Below, piece by piece: positions 9,486 to 19,518 of a stretch of DNA of 64,000 nt; the stretch's first letter is position 1; each line of letters starts with the position of its first letter. The notes under the pieces were generated by a model. It worked only from the letters and a program-made list of their open reading frames with translations, was not told the DNA's origin and made no database searches. The stretch covers positions 2,464,001 to 2,528,000 of the forward strand of contig OY969474.1 of assembly GCA_963700145.1 (NCBI GenBank), in the 5' to 3' direction. A program made the position numbers and the translations under genes. The stretch is from an uncultured Acidobacteriota bacterium (GTDB lineage: Bacteria; Acidobacteriota; Thermoanaerobaculia; Multivoradales; UBA5704).

Positions 9486-10442
9486 CTACGGGCAGGTGAC
9501 CCCGTTCTTGTACCCGATCAGCGTGCCGTTCGTCGCCGTGTACGACGGATCCGTGGTGAACGTCGTGGTCGAGCCGAAGGCCGGCGTGTAGGCCGAGCCC
9601 GACTGGATCGAGTACTTCGACACTCTGGCGTGCGGATGGCAGGCGGGGTTCTCCTGCGCGGCCAGCCAACTGGTCAGCAGCACCGGCTTGTCGAACATGC
9701 CGGGATCGATGACCATCGCCAGCTCGGCGCTGATGCCCAGCTTTCTGATGTTGATGCGCACCCGCACGAGGGGGGCGACGTGGTACCACCAGGTCACGCA
9801 GCAGCCGCCCCATTTGTTCGCCTGCACCGAGAGCCGGTCGAGGTTGTCGACGGCAAAGCTGAACACCTTCTCGCAGCAGTAGCCGTACTGGGTGGTGATG
9901 ATCCGGCGCATCTCGTGAGCGCGCGCGTAGCAACCGTCGATCACGTACTGGAACGGGATGCAGTTCGGCACGCCGAACGGCCCCGGCAGGTGGCACGACT
10001 GTTGAGCGCAGAAGTCGAAGATCGCCTTGGCCGTCGCGTAGTTCGGGACGACGCGCTTGCAGAGCAGGAAGACCGGGATCTTCAGATAGTGCTCGACGAT
10101 GTTGAAGGTCATCGGATCGATCTTCGAGAGGTCGATGTCATAGATCTTCTCGGGTTTCTCGACGTAGGTCCGGCGGCGTTGGAACTCCTCCAGCTCCTCG
10201 CCGCGGAGGACGTCGATACGCCCGATGAAGCCCCGCCCCTCGTCGAGCTGGGCCTTCACCGGAGCGCCCTTCTCGAAGGCCTCCCCGAGCCGGGCCGCCG
10301 AGGCCTCGGCGGTCCTGGCGGTGGCCGACCGGAAGGTGTAGATCCGCTGCTTCTCGTTGAAGAGATACTCGGTCTCCTGCTCGCCCCTGCCCCGGCGAAT
10401 GGCGGCGATCGTCAGGAACTCCTCGCGCGGTTCCCTGGTCAT
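9486..10442 (-). CDS. Protein-glutamine glutaminase (protein deamidase) family with pro-domain
   Basis: CIPFQYVIDGCYARAHEM, CCVTWWYHVAP and VIDP match the Chryseobacterium protein-glutaminase Cys-His-Asp motifs; no clear signal peptide. Confidence 0.85.
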   Translation of the reverse strand: MTREPREEFLTIAAIRRGRGEQETEYLFNEKQRIYTFRSATARTAEASAARLGEAFEKGAPVKAQLDEGRGFIGRIDVLRGEELEEFQRRRTYVEKPEKIYDIDLSKIDPMTFNIVEHYLKIPVFLLCKRVVPNYATAKAIFDFCAQQSCHLPGPFGVPNCIPFQYVIDGCYARAHEMRRIITTQYGYCCEKVFSFAVDNLDRLSVQANKWGGCCVTWWYHVAPLVRVRINIRKLGISAELAMVIDPGMFDKPVLLTSWLAAQENPACHPHARVSKYSIQSGSAYTPAFGSTTTFTTDPSYTATNGTLIGYKNGVTCP

Positions 10443-10640
10443 CTCGAGCCTCCTCTTGCCATGATCCTATGGCGTCCGGACGGCAGGCTGCGTTACGCAC
10501 GCTCAGCCGCTTGACCAGGTGACCACTCTCCTAGGGTTTCGGGCACGACAGGCTCCTTTCGTTCGTTGGGAATTGAGGGTGCGACGCTCCGCAACGCCCG
10601 CCGAGCGGCGGCGACCGGCCGCCGCGCGGCGCCCAATGAC

Positions 10641-10940
10641 CTCCGGGAGGCGTGGAACTGCCTGCGGCGGCTTCGGAACCCTTTCCCGGAGCGTGGGAAT
10701 GGGTTGCGCGGGCCGGGGAACAGGTTGCGGAGCGCCGGGAACCTATTCCGAGCGGCTCGGAGGAGGTTCCGCAGCGCGCGCAACCCGTTCCCGGCGTCGC
10801 GCAATCGATTCCCGGCGCCGCGCAGGAGGTTCCGGAGGGCGCGCAGGAGGTTCCGAGGTCCCGGGAGGACATTGGGAGGCTCCACCGGGGCGTCTGGAGG
10901 TCGCGCGGGGACATTCCGGGGCTTCCGGCGGGCGTTACGC
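10641..10940. repeat. Degenerate 21-bp tandem array (~14 units)
   Basis: Units in register from 10683, e.g. ttcccggagcgtgggaatggg / ttgcgcgggccggggaacagg / ttcccggcgccgcgcaggagg / ttccggagggcgcgcaggagg. Confidence 0.75.
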
Positions 10941-11009
10941 CACCTTCTCCAGGGCCGCGGCGAGCTCCAGCTCCGGTGTAGGCTAGCCAAACAGGCAGGA
11001 GCCTGAACT

Positions 11010-11276
11010 ATGGAGATTTCCTTCCAAGTCCCCGATTCCGTCGCCGATCGGCTGAGAGCGTCGTGGCAGGACCTTCCCCGCCACGCGCTGGAGGCTCTCG
11101 CGGCCGACGCTTACCGGCAGGGCCTCCTGACGTCGGCCGAGGTGCAGGAGGTTCTCGGGATCGCTTCCCGACACGAGCTCGACGGCTTTCTCAAGCGGGC
11201 TGGAGCGTTCCTCCAATACACCGCCCAAGACCTCGAGGAGGACGTCCGGCGCTTCCGCGAAACGACCGCTCGGTGA
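11010..11276 (+). CDS. UPF0175-family putative antitoxin
   Basis: 88 aa; ALEALAADAYRQGLLTSAEVQEVLGIASRHELDGFLK..Y..DLEED pattern; AGGAG RBS. Confidence 0.8.
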   Translation: MEISFQVPDSVADRLRASWQDLPRHALEALAADAYRQGLLTSAEVQEVLGIASRHELDGFLKRAGAFLQYTAQDLEEDVRRFRETTAR

Positions 11277-11340
11277 TCGCGGCCTTCCGACACCTCACTC
11301 CGCAGCTCGACTCTCATCCTGCGTGGCTTCATCGGAGCAG
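11273..11340 (+). pseudogene. 5' remnant of a DUF3368/PIN-type toxin
   Basis: GTGA overlap with antitoxin stop; reads VIAA-(frameshift)-SDTSLRSSTLILRG, like the MIVVSDTSPL.YLILIG start of UPF0175 partners. Confidence 0.45.
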
Positions 11341-11392
11341 CGCGCCGGACACCAGTTCTCTGCCAGCCGCGTCTGCTTCGTTGAGAGCCACG

Positions 11393-12190
11393 ATGCCACC
11401 GACCCGTCACGACCGCCTCGTCCATGGCGTCCTGGTCTTCATCCTCGCCTGCGCCGCCGGACTCGCCGGCGGCATTGCCGCGCCGCTCGCCGGCGCGGAG
11501 GTGGCGCCGGCCGCCGTCGAGGTGCGCGGCACCGTCGTCGGGCCCGGCGGCGAGCCGGCGGCGGGGGCGGTGGTCGCCGTCGTCGCCACGCGGCGCAGCG
11601 AGCCGTCGGCGGTGGTGGTCGCCGGCGCCGACGGGGGGTTCGCGGCGACGGTCCCCGCCGGCACCTACGCTTTGACCGCCACTCACCCCCAGTGGGCGGC
11701 CGCCTACTCGCCGCCGGCGGAGGCGAGCGGCAAGGTGGTGCGCGACCTGCGCCTCCTGGCGCCGGCCGAGGGGGTTCTCCTCGAAGGCGGCGTCCGCGAC
11801 TCGACGGGGGCCGCCCTCGCCGGCGCGGAGGTGCACTGCATGCGCACCATCTCCCAGGGCGACCTCTTCGTCGGCCGTGCCGACGGCGCCGGACGCTACG
11901 CGCTGCGCCTGCCCTCCTCGCCCTACTACGGCTGCCACGCGGCGGCCGACGGGCTGCGCTCGCCGCTCGTCGAGATCGACGTCGCCGCCGGCGGGGTGCG
12001 GCAGCGGCAGGACTTGGTGATCCGCCGGCCGGCGCCCGCGCCGCAGGCGGTGGTCGACTGGATCCGCGCTCAGGCGATCCCGCTGCTGATGACGCGCGCC
12101 GGGCCGCTGCAACACCACCAACTGCTAGTCGTCTGTCCATCCCCACGAGTGAGGAGGCTCACATGGTCGACCTCGATGCCCCCGCAGTAG
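11393..12190 (+). pseudogene. Truncated duplicate of the esterase 5' half (signal peptide plus two carboxypeptidase-regulatory-like domains)
   Basis: 11409..12104 near-identical to 21386..22075; homology stops before the esterase domain. Confidence 0.8.
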
Positions 12191-13386
12191 CCTTCGTTGC
12201 GCAGCAGCTCCTGGACGTCGTGAGGTCCGGCCGGGTCAGCACGCCGGCGCCCGTGCCGGAGTCGACGGGACTGGAGTCAGGGCTGGAGTTGGGAAAGCTG
12301 GAATCGGCGACGCCGAAGCCCAGCGGCCCGAAGCCGCCCGCCGAGCGAGTCGCGCTCCTCGTGGATGCCATCCAGCGCGGCCGGCAAACCGCGAGGCCGG
12401 AGGACCGACCTGACCCGGACCTGGCGGCGGAGGTCATCAAGGGTGCCCGCTCCGGGCTCGCCAAGGCGCAGGAGTCGAACCCGATGCTCACCCGGCGCGA
12501 GGAGGTCGGCCTCGAGGCCGTCATCCTCACCGACGGCACACGGCCGAGCCTCACCGTACGCGACGGGTTCGTCGACCTCCAGGCGCCCGACATCGGCGAC
12601 TGGGGCATCGCCCTACGGCACTTCGAAGACCCGATCCGCCGGCTGATCGCCTCCGTCGGTCGCGTCAACGTACCGGTCGGTCAGGGTTTCGTGGGCACCT
12701 GTTTCGTCGTCGCCGGCGATCTCGTGGCGACCAATCGACACGTGCTCGAGGAGATCGCCACCGAGGACCCCGAGGGCACCTGGACGCTCAAGTTCCCCGG
12801 CCGAACCACCGTCGATTTCATCGGCGAGGACGGTGCTGCGAGCGCCACGCGGATTCCGGTGAAGGGCGTCGTGTTTGCCGGGCTCAACCCCATCAACCGT
12901 CAGGTCCACTTTCCCAACCTAGACCTTGCCCTGTTGCGGGTGGACGCGAGCCGAGTCGCCGACTTCCCTTCAGCCGTCCAGCTCGAGAAGGACCTCGCAC
13001 CGCTGGGGCCGTCCCGCGAACTCTACGCTGTCGGCTTCCCGGCGCGTCCCCAGACCCACTTCGGTACCTCCACGCCGCCGCCGGGGACCGAGACCGTGGA
13101 GGTGATGAGCTCGGTCTTCGGTTGGAAGTTCGGCATCAAGAAGCTGGCGCCCGGCGCCGCGGTGGCCGTCCCCGGACAGCTGCCGACGGACACGAAGAAA
13201 TGGGTCTTCACACACAACGCCTCGACCCTCGGCGGCAACTCGGGCTCCTGCGTTGTCGACCTCGGCATCGATGGCGGACGCGTCATCGGAATCCACTTCG
13301 CCGGCGAGTCCAGGGCGCAGAATTGGGCGCACTCCTTTGCGGCCGTGAAGGGGAGTATCAATAGCTTCGGGCTAACGTATGTGTAG
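12163..13386 (+). CDS. Trypsin-like serine protease (intact triad)
   Basis: GGAGG RBS; ATNRHV, LDLALL, STLGGNSGS; N-terminal LEAVIL..RPSL motif. Confidence 0.87.
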   Translation: MVDLDAPAVAFVAQQLLDVVRSGRVSTPAPVPESTGLESGLELGKLESATPKPSGPKPPAERVALLVDAIQRGRQTARPEDRPDPDLAAEVIKGARSGLAKAQESNPMLTRREEVGLEAVILTDGTRPSLTVRDGFVDLQAPDIGDWGIALRHFEDPIRRLIASVGRVNVPVGQGFVGTCFVVAGDLVATNRHVLEEIATEDPEGTWTLKFPGRTTVDFIGEDGAASATRIPVKGVVFAGLNPINRQVHFPNLDLALLRVDASRVADFPSAVQLEKDLAPLGPSRELYAVGFPARPQTHFGTSTPPPGTETVEVMSSVFGWKFGIKKLAPGAAVAVPGQLPTDTKKWVFTHNASTLGGNSGSCVVDLGIDGGRVIGIHFAGESRAQNWAHSFAAVKGSINSFGLTYV

Positions 13387-13470
13387 GCGACGCGAGGCTG
13401 AGCCTGCGCCAATCCCGTCGCGGCTTCGGCAGTCGGCGACCCCGGGACGGGCTGCTATTTCTCGGGGGCG

Positions 13471-16212
13471 TCAGCGGGGTGGACGGTGGGCGGCTGTAAT
13501 GTCCAGCCCCACGTGATCGCGCAGCAGCTGGGCCAGGCGGCCGGGTTGGTGCCCGAACTGCCGCGTCAGCAGCTCCACCAGCTCCGGCACTCTCGACGTT
13601 CCGAGGCCTGCCGCGCTCAGCCACTCGCGGATGGCGTGTTGGTCCATAGGACCCAGGCGGAGGCGAGTGACCCGCTTGAACTCCCGATCGGCAAGCTGGG
13701 CAAACTGTAGGTCGCGGGCCGCGAGCACGACGGTGAAGCTTCCGGCGGCCCAGCTGCTACGGGTCAGAAGCGGCAGGAACAACGACCTCAGCCAGTCCAC
13801 CACCCCTGCCGGCGCTTCGTCCAAGCCGTCAAAGAATAGCACCGCTCCGTCTGCGCCTTCTGCTAGCTGGTGGACCAGCTCGAACGTCAAGAGATAGTCG
13901 TTTGCCTCGTTACTCTCTCGCAGATCGACATTGAGACCTACCGCAATTGCTCGCACGGCGTCGAAGACGTTCGTCCCTTCCAGACGCACCCAGCAATACG
14001 GCACTTCGCGGTCATCGCAGAGACGAGTGAAATGGCGCAGCAGGGTGGTCTTCCCAATACCTGCGTCTCCCTCGATCGCGAGCACCTGCAATCCTTTGCC
14101 ATCCAACATCTTCAAGAAGACACCAACCTCAGCTTCACGATCCAGAAAGATCTCTTCTGAGCGAAGCGACGGCGCCGAACGCGACATGAACTCATGAGGC
14201 GAATCGAAGCGGCCGATCTCGTAGTCCAGGCCCTCGTTCGCGGCGCCGGCGTCGACCGCAAAGTAGCCTTCGTGCCGGTCTCCCCACCGGTCCTCCATTT
14301 CGCTCATCCTGGCTGACGAGGCGAGGTGCGTGGCGACCAGGGCAGATGCATCGTTGCGATACAGACCGATGAGGACCTCGTCCTCGCGCAGCTCTCGCGT
14401 GAGGTCGTTGAACGTGCGACCGTGAAGCCGCCGACCGGTCTCCCGTATCCGCTCCGGCGGATTGAAGAAGTTCGATACGGCCCGAGTTCGTGGCGATGCG
14501 GGCTCGCTCAGCATGGGATCTTCGAAAACCCCCGCGCCGGCCAACAGTGGACGATCGACGTGCGACCAGAGCGCAATCGCCGCTCCCAACTTCAGGCCCC
14601 GCGGACCTGGACGGTAGACGCCCCCGTAGTGCACGCCCAAGACCTCGCCGGTCTCCAGGTCGACCACCGGCGCGCCGCCGGTCCCGCCTGTCGTGAAGCA
14701 GTTGTGAGTTAGCTGGTCGCCCTCTACCGGACCGCCGAAGCGTTCCGGCGCCAGGCCCTGCGCGGACATCGGGGTCGATTCAACGGCTACGATTTCCCCG
14801 AGGAGCAGACGGAGGATCCCCAACTCCCCTTCCATCACTCGCGCCAGGACGATCGGATCGATTCTGCTGTCCAACATCGGGTAGCCGAGGAGGTAGACCT
14901 TGCGACCCACCAAGTCCGCGGGTCGTCGTGTGGTGGCACGCAGCGGCCGGACCAGGCTTGTTGCTTGATCTCCTACCTCCAGCACGGCCACGCCACTGCC
15001 ATCAATGGCCGCGTTCGTGACCTCGAAGCGAGGCCTTCCGGCCTCTACTTCCATGAGTTCCTCGCTTTCAACACTTTCTGTGGGCCCCTCCGCCGGCCAC
15101 TGGTTATGTCCGACCGCGAGCTCTACGAAGACCCGGAGCTCGGGCTTCAGCTGCCACTTTCCCTCGTTATCCGCCACCAGGATGGGTCCCACGGTCGGCC
15201 AATGCGTCAGCACCACCGATCTTCCCACGAAGAAGCCAGGGCCGGACCATCGGGTCTTGCCCTCCCCCACGATCCTGAGCAGGCAAACGGCCTGGGCTGT
15301 GCTCGCGATCTGGGCTCGGTGCTGCTCGAGCACCCGCCATTCCGGCGGTGCTGGCCCGAAACTCCTCCCGCTCCACATCGGTAGTGCCGGCGTCATGCGG
15401 AGCCAGTACTCCTGGATCGCGCTGGCGAGCGCCGCCGTCTCGGGGTGATCCCCGGCGGCGGCCTCTAGCACGGCCGGTACTTGGTTGACGACCCAAGCCG
15501 TCTCCAGCACCCGTTGCCAGCGCGCTGCGGGCTGCCTCTCCGCCGCCAAGCCCGCCACGTCGACGCCGGCCTTCTTGGCGATTCGCCGCGTGGCAGCGGC
15601 GGTCGGGTAGAGGCTCACCAAGGCATCCCGCAGCTCGGCGAGCGCGGGTATCTGGTCCGCCAGAAACACCGTACTTGTCTCGGCTTCCTTGACCGCGGCG
15701 GCGCGGCCCGCGAGGTCCCGCCGCATGGCGACGAACCAGCGTTCGGCCATAGGCGCCGGCCCCTCGCCACGCTCGGTTCGAGCGAGCCAGCTCTCCGCCC
15801 GCTGTGGGTCGATGAAGCTCAGTGCCGTCAGCTGCTGGGCCTCGGCGAGACCTGGACGCTCCTGCCATGGCGCGCCGCGCTCGCCGTACTCCCAGAGCAA
15901 CCGAGCCACGTCCCGCACCCTGGCGAGGGTGTACTCCTTGACCAACCGTTGTAACAGCACGTCGCGAAGGTCGGGATCCATGACGTAGAGACCATCGTCG
16001 ACCTCGGAGCAGAGCGGCGAGAGGAGGAGCTGCGCCTCCGCGGTATAAGGGAGGACGACGGGCGGATCGAGGAAGTAGTTGATGCGCAGCAGATGCACCA
16101 GGTCCGGGTTCAGCACGACCGGCAGCGCGGCGTGGCAGGCGAGCATCACTAGCTCCTCTCCACGCTGGTGCGCGAAGACGTTCAGCCGAGCCTCGGCTTC
16201 TTCCCGGCTCAA
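13471..16212 (-). CDS. Multidomain effector of MoxR-vWA system: vWA-associated helical domain, EAD1-like domain, inactive trypsin, unknown domain and STAND/AAA ATPase
   Basis: LACHAALPVVLNPDL..LLLSPLC N-domain; LRDALVSLYP..W..VLE EAD-like segment; trypsin with GGTGGAP instead of GNSGSP; FLDREAE..GDAGIGKTT..FFDGLD. Confidence 0.75.
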   Translation of the reverse strand: MSREEAEARLNVFAHQRGEELVMLACHAALPVVLNPDLVHLLRINYFLDPPVVLPYTAEAQLLLSPLCSEVDDGLYVMDPDLRDVLLQRLVKEYTLARVRDVARLLWEYGERGAPWQERPGLAEAQQLTALSFIDPQRAESWLARTERGEGPAPMAERWFVAMRRDLAGRAAAVKEAETSTVFLADQIPALAELRDALVSLYPTAAATRRIAKKAGVDVAGLAAERQPAARWQRVLETAWVVNQVPAVLEAAAGDHPETAALASAIQEYWLRMTPALPMWSGRSFGPAPPEWRVLEQHRAQIASTAQAVCLLRIVGEGKTRWSGPGFFVGRSVVLTHWPTVGPILVADNEGKWQLKPELRVFVELAVGHNQWPAEGPTESVESEELMEVEAGRPRFEVTNAAIDGSGVAVLEVGDQATSLVRPLRATTRRPADLVGRKVYLLGYPMLDSRIDPIVLARVMEGELGILRLLLGEIVAVESTPMSAQGLAPERFGGPVEGDQLTHNCFTTGGTGGAPVVDLETGEVLGVHYGGVYRPGPRGLKLGAAIALWSHVDRPLLAGAGVFEDPMLSEPASPRTRAVSNFFNPPERIRETGRRLHGRTFNDLTRELREDEVLIGLYRNDASALVATHLASSARMSEMEDRWGDRHEGYFAVDAGAANEGLDYEIGRFDSPHEFMSRSAPSLRSEEIFLDREAEVGVFLKMLDGKGLQVLAIEGDAGIGKTTLLRHFTRLCDDREVPYCWVRLEGTNVFDAVRAIAVGLNVDLRESNEANDYLLTFELVHQLAEGADGAVLFFDGLDEAPAGVVDWLRSLFLPLLTRSSWAAGSFTVVLAARDLQFAQLADREFKRVTRLRLGPMDQHAIREWLSAAGLGTSRVPELVELLTRQFGHQPGRLAQLLRDHVGLDITAAHRPPR

Positions 16213-16231
16213 TACGCCTCCAGCCGTGTCC

Positions 16232-17458
16232 TCAGGCGTTCGCCGCAGTCAACGGCACCGCCGCCGGCAGTGCTTTCTCCACCGGGAACGGTTGTCCCCG
16301 CAGCACGTTCACCGCGCGGTGCATGCCATCGCGTTCCATGGAGAACATCGGCAGGTGCCGGGCCAGCTGGGCAGCCGTGGTCCCCTTCCAGGCCGCCGCC
16401 GGGAGCGGATTCAGCCACACGATCCGGCTGGTGAACGCCCGCAGGCCCTTGAGAAACGCCACTGTATCGAGCAGCCGCAGCAGGTCGTAGCGGCCGCGGG
16501 CGGCGCCGCCGTCGCTGAGGATGACCACCGCTGCGCCCTCGGCATGGCTTGCGAGGACGGCCGCAATCGGCTGCGGGCTGAGCAGCTCCTGGTCCTCGAA
16601 CAGCTCGCCGCGGCCGAGGACCGGCACCTCCGCCAGCACGGGATCGAGGCTGGGGAACAGTGTGCCACTCAACCTTTCCAGCAGCGCGGGGTCGGTTCCC
16701 TCCAGGGGAGCATCGTGGAAGTAATAGAGGCCTACCTGGCGCAACCTGCCAGCCTGGGCAATCGATCGGCAGACCATGTCGACGTAAGAGTGGAATGGCG
16801 CCATCGAGCCCTGCCTGTCCACCAGCATGAGCAGCTCCGCGCGGTTGCGCCGCCGCGGCCGCAGCATCGGCGGCGATGCCACTCCCTGGCGCGACCGCTG
16901 CTGCACGGTTGCCGCGACGTCGAGCTCGGTCGCCGGCCCCTCCCGTATGGGCCAGCGCAGTCGCCGCCAGGCCTGCGCCACGGTCCGGTAGTCGACGGGA
17001 TACTGCGGCAGGAAGGTATGCGCGAAAGGCAGCGCCGGCCGCTCGCCCAAGGTCATGGGCGGTAACCGCCCGGCGGTGGCGGTCGCCGGTGTTGCCGCCG
17101 TTTCGACCTCCTCTGGCTGCACCGGAGGAACGTTGCCGACTTCTAGCGGTATGACTTGCTCGTCGGCGTCCGGGCCCGGCGCCGCATCATCGAACTGCGC
17201 GGTTTGCAAACCGAAGCTCCAGTCGGAGACCACGTGCTGATCGAAGAGGGCCGCCGCCACCGCCCGCTCGTCTAGTGACTTGGCCCACAGCGCGCAGCAA
17301 ACCTCGCGCAGCTCGCGCCGCGACGACCAACCGAACCCGGCCCGCAAGGCGTCGCGCAGCGCTTCGTATTCCTCCGGGCCCAGCGGGAAGCCACGCCGCA
17401 CGAGCTGTTGGAACAAGGTCCAGACGAAGACCTCCGGCCCCTCTTCCGGGTCGCTCAC
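16232..17458 (-). CDS. vWA-domain protein (CoxE-like) of MoxR system
   Basis: ELDVAATV, LVDRQGSMAPF (MIDAS), ILSDGGAARG, WLNPLP; ATG overlaps moxR stop. Confidence 0.88.
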   Translation of the reverse strand: MSDPEEGPEVFVWTLFQQLVRRGFPLGPEEYEALRDALRAGFGWSSRRELREVCCALWAKSLDERAVAAALFDQHVVSDWSFGLQTAQFDDAAPGPDADEQVIPLEVGNVPPVQPEEVETAATPATATAGRLPPMTLGERPALPFAHTFLPQYPVDYRTVAQAWRRLRWPIREGPATELDVAATVQQRSRQGVASPPMLRPRRRNRAELLMLVDRQGSMAPFHSYVDMVCRSIAQAGRLRQVGLYYFHDAPLEGTDPALLERLSGTLFPSLDPVLAEVPVLGRGELFEDQELLSPQPIAAVLASHAEGAAVVILSDGGAARGRYDLLRLLDTVAFLKGLRAFTSRIVWLNPLPAAAWKGTTAAQLARHLPMFSMERDGMHRAVNVLRGQPFPVEKALPAAVPLTAANA

Positions 17459-18465
17459 TCGAGCGCTCTCTCCCGGCGCGCCCGCTCCTGGTCGGCCCGG
17501 TCCTTCAGCACGGCCGCTGTCTCCCGGCGCGCCCGCTCCTGGTCGGCCCGGTCCTTTAGCACGGCCTCGAGGTTGGGCAGCTCTTCGAGCTGCTCGGGCT
17601 TGGTCCCCTTTGCCTGCTCATGGGACACCCAGTCGATCAGCTCGGTTAGGCCTGGCTTCTTGCTCAGGTCCTTCTCGCGCAGCTGGCGGATGAGCTCTAC
17701 CGCCTTCTTCGAGAGCGCCTCTTTGGTGACACCATGCAAGCGGAGGATGCGCTCGAGCTCCTGGCGGCTCCGCGGGAACTCTACGTAGTGGTATACGCAG
17801 CGTCGCAGGAACGCCGGCGGCAGCGGCTTCTCCTCGTTGTGGGTAATGATCACGATGGGGCGCAGGTCGCCGGCGCGGTGGCCCAGCCCAGGAGCCTCGG
17901 GCACCTCGAACTCCATGCGGTCGAGCTCCCAGAGCAGATCGTTGGGGAAGTCGAGGTCGGCCTTGTCGATCTCGTCGATGAGCACTACCGAGCGACGGCC
18001 GTGCTCGGCGCGGGCGATGGCCCGTCCGAGCGGGCCGAGGGTCACGTAGTTGGCAGGCAGGCGCGCCAGCGGCTCCCCGTTCTCACTCTTGGGGCCCTCG
18101 AGCCCCAACTGTCAGTCGTAGAGCCGCCGCACCGCGTCGTAGGAATACAGCAGGTCCTGCGCGCGGCTGGTGGACTTGACGTAGGCCACCTCGAGCGGCA
18201 TCCCGAAGGCGTAGGCCACGGAGTGGGCCAGCCGCGTCTTGCCGCAGCCCGGCTCACCTTGCAGCAGCAGCGGTCTGCCCAGCGCGATGCCGAGGTCCAC
18301 CACCCGAGCCAAGTCCGCGCTCGGCTCATACACCTCGGGGAAGGCCACTCGGCTGGGCCAGTTGGCCGACAGCACCGGTCCAACGCCCGTGGCCTCGATA
18401 TTCCGCTGCGGCGGCACCTTCTTGACCGCCTCTGCATAACTCAACGACAGATCGATGGACCGCAT
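17455..18465 (-). pseudogene. moxR: MoxR-family AAA+ ATPase with one in-frame TGA (18112-18114)
   Basis: GEPGCGKT Walker A, LLYSYDAVRRLYD*QLG, VLIDEIDKAD, FPNDLL, FLRRC; both ORF-track pieces are in the same frame. Confidence 0.85.
17469..17566. repeat. 51-bp-period tandem duplication in the moxR 3' end
   Basis: 17469..17515 and 17520..17566 encode AVLKDRADQERARRE twice. Confidence 0.9.
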
Positions 18466-18467
18466 CG

Positions 18468-19499
18468 TCACCCTCCAGCAAGGTCGAGCTCGTCCAGAGC
18501 CTGCCCCAGCGCGTCCTGGGTACGGTTCGAGGTCAACAGGTCTCGGTGATACTCCAGCCGCTCGTAAAGCTCGTCGACTGGCAAGTCGTCCTCTGCATAG
18601 CCAGTGACGATCATCGCCGCCCAGCGCTGGATGATGGCTTCCTGCCAGTCGAGCTGGCGCGCGATGTCGGTCACCCAGTGGGCGACGTCGATCCGGGTGA
18701 AGGCGGGCGCCGGCAACTGCGTCATGCCCGTCGGCGCCCTTGTCGCGTCCGGCATGCCGAAGATCACCACCAGGTGCCGCGGTGGTGCGTTGGCGAACCC
18801 GGCGGCGATGCCCTGCCAGAGGGCAGCGGCATCCTCCTCTTGCGCTACGTGGGCCGCCCAGATCACGTGCTTTCTCACCAGCAGGTCCCGCACCTTGAGC
18901 GCCTTCTCTGCGGCTAGCGCCGCCGTGGTGTGGAGCGGGTCGACCTCCAGGGGCGGCCGGTTGGGAGCCACCTCGTCGCGGCCCCACGTCCGTAGGTCCG
19001 CGCCTCGGTACCTCACCCGCCTCTCACAAAGGTAGCGCAGCAGCCGTGCGGTCCGGCTCGGCACCACGAACCCGCTCACCGCCGGCTGCACCGGCAACAT
19101 GCTGATGCACATCAGCACCGGGCGGCGGAGATCGAAGAGATGGAGCTGTGCCACCTCCGCGGGGTGGACACGTCTCGGGGTGATGCCGCTCTGCGCGTCC
19201 TCGAGGGCACGGCGAATGGTCAGCAGCTCTCCTTGCAGCTCGGTTCCCCGCACGGTGGGCACTGCGTTCTCGATCAGCTGCAGCAGCCGCCACTCCCCCC
19301 CAGGGCCGAAACTCTCCTCCAGCTGCGCCACCAGGATCATCAGGTCGCCGCGGGCGTTCTGCTCGTTGCGGCTGAAGTAGGCGGCCTGGGGAATGCCGAT
19401 GCAGAGCGCCGTGCGGCCCGACCCCTCCCCTTCGATTCCAACCAACGGCACCCGCATCAGCGCTTCGATCAGGCTGAGACGCAGGTCGTCTGGGATCAT
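18468..19499 (-). CDS. Effector-associated domain (EAD-like) fused to probable inactive STAND (iSTAND-like) domain
   Basis: N-terminal ~100 aa homologous to the N-terminus of 19519..20634; position directly upstream of moxR; C-domain call is tentative. Confidence 0.62.
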   Translation of the reverse strand: MIPDDLRLSLIEALMRVPLVGIEGEGSGRTALCIGIPQAAYFSRNEQNARGDLMILVAQLEESFGPGGEWRLLQLIENAVPTVRGTELQGELLTIRRALEDAQSGITPRRVHPAEVAQLHLFDLRRPVLMCISMLPVQPAVSGFVVPSRTARLLRYLCERRVRYRGADLRTWGRDEVAPNRPPLEVDPLHTTAALAAEKALKVRDLLVRKHVIWAAHVAQEEDAAALWQGIAAGFANAPPRHLVVIFGMPDATRAPTGMTQLPAPAFTRIDVAHWVTDIARQLDWQEAIIQRWAAMIVTGYAEDDLPVDELYERLEYHRDLLTSNRTQDALGQALDELDLAGG

Positions 19500-19518
19500 G
19501 CAGGAAACCGAAACGCTC

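Noticed and set aside
10493-11006. Arg-rich heptad ORFs over the 21-bp array as real proteins
   Set aside because: Open on both strands simply because of the repeat; no convincing RBS or start
18112-18114. Selenocysteine or programmed readthrough at the moxR TGA
   Set aside because: Not a Cys-type position in MoxR proteins and no SECIS recognised; mutation or read error is simpler
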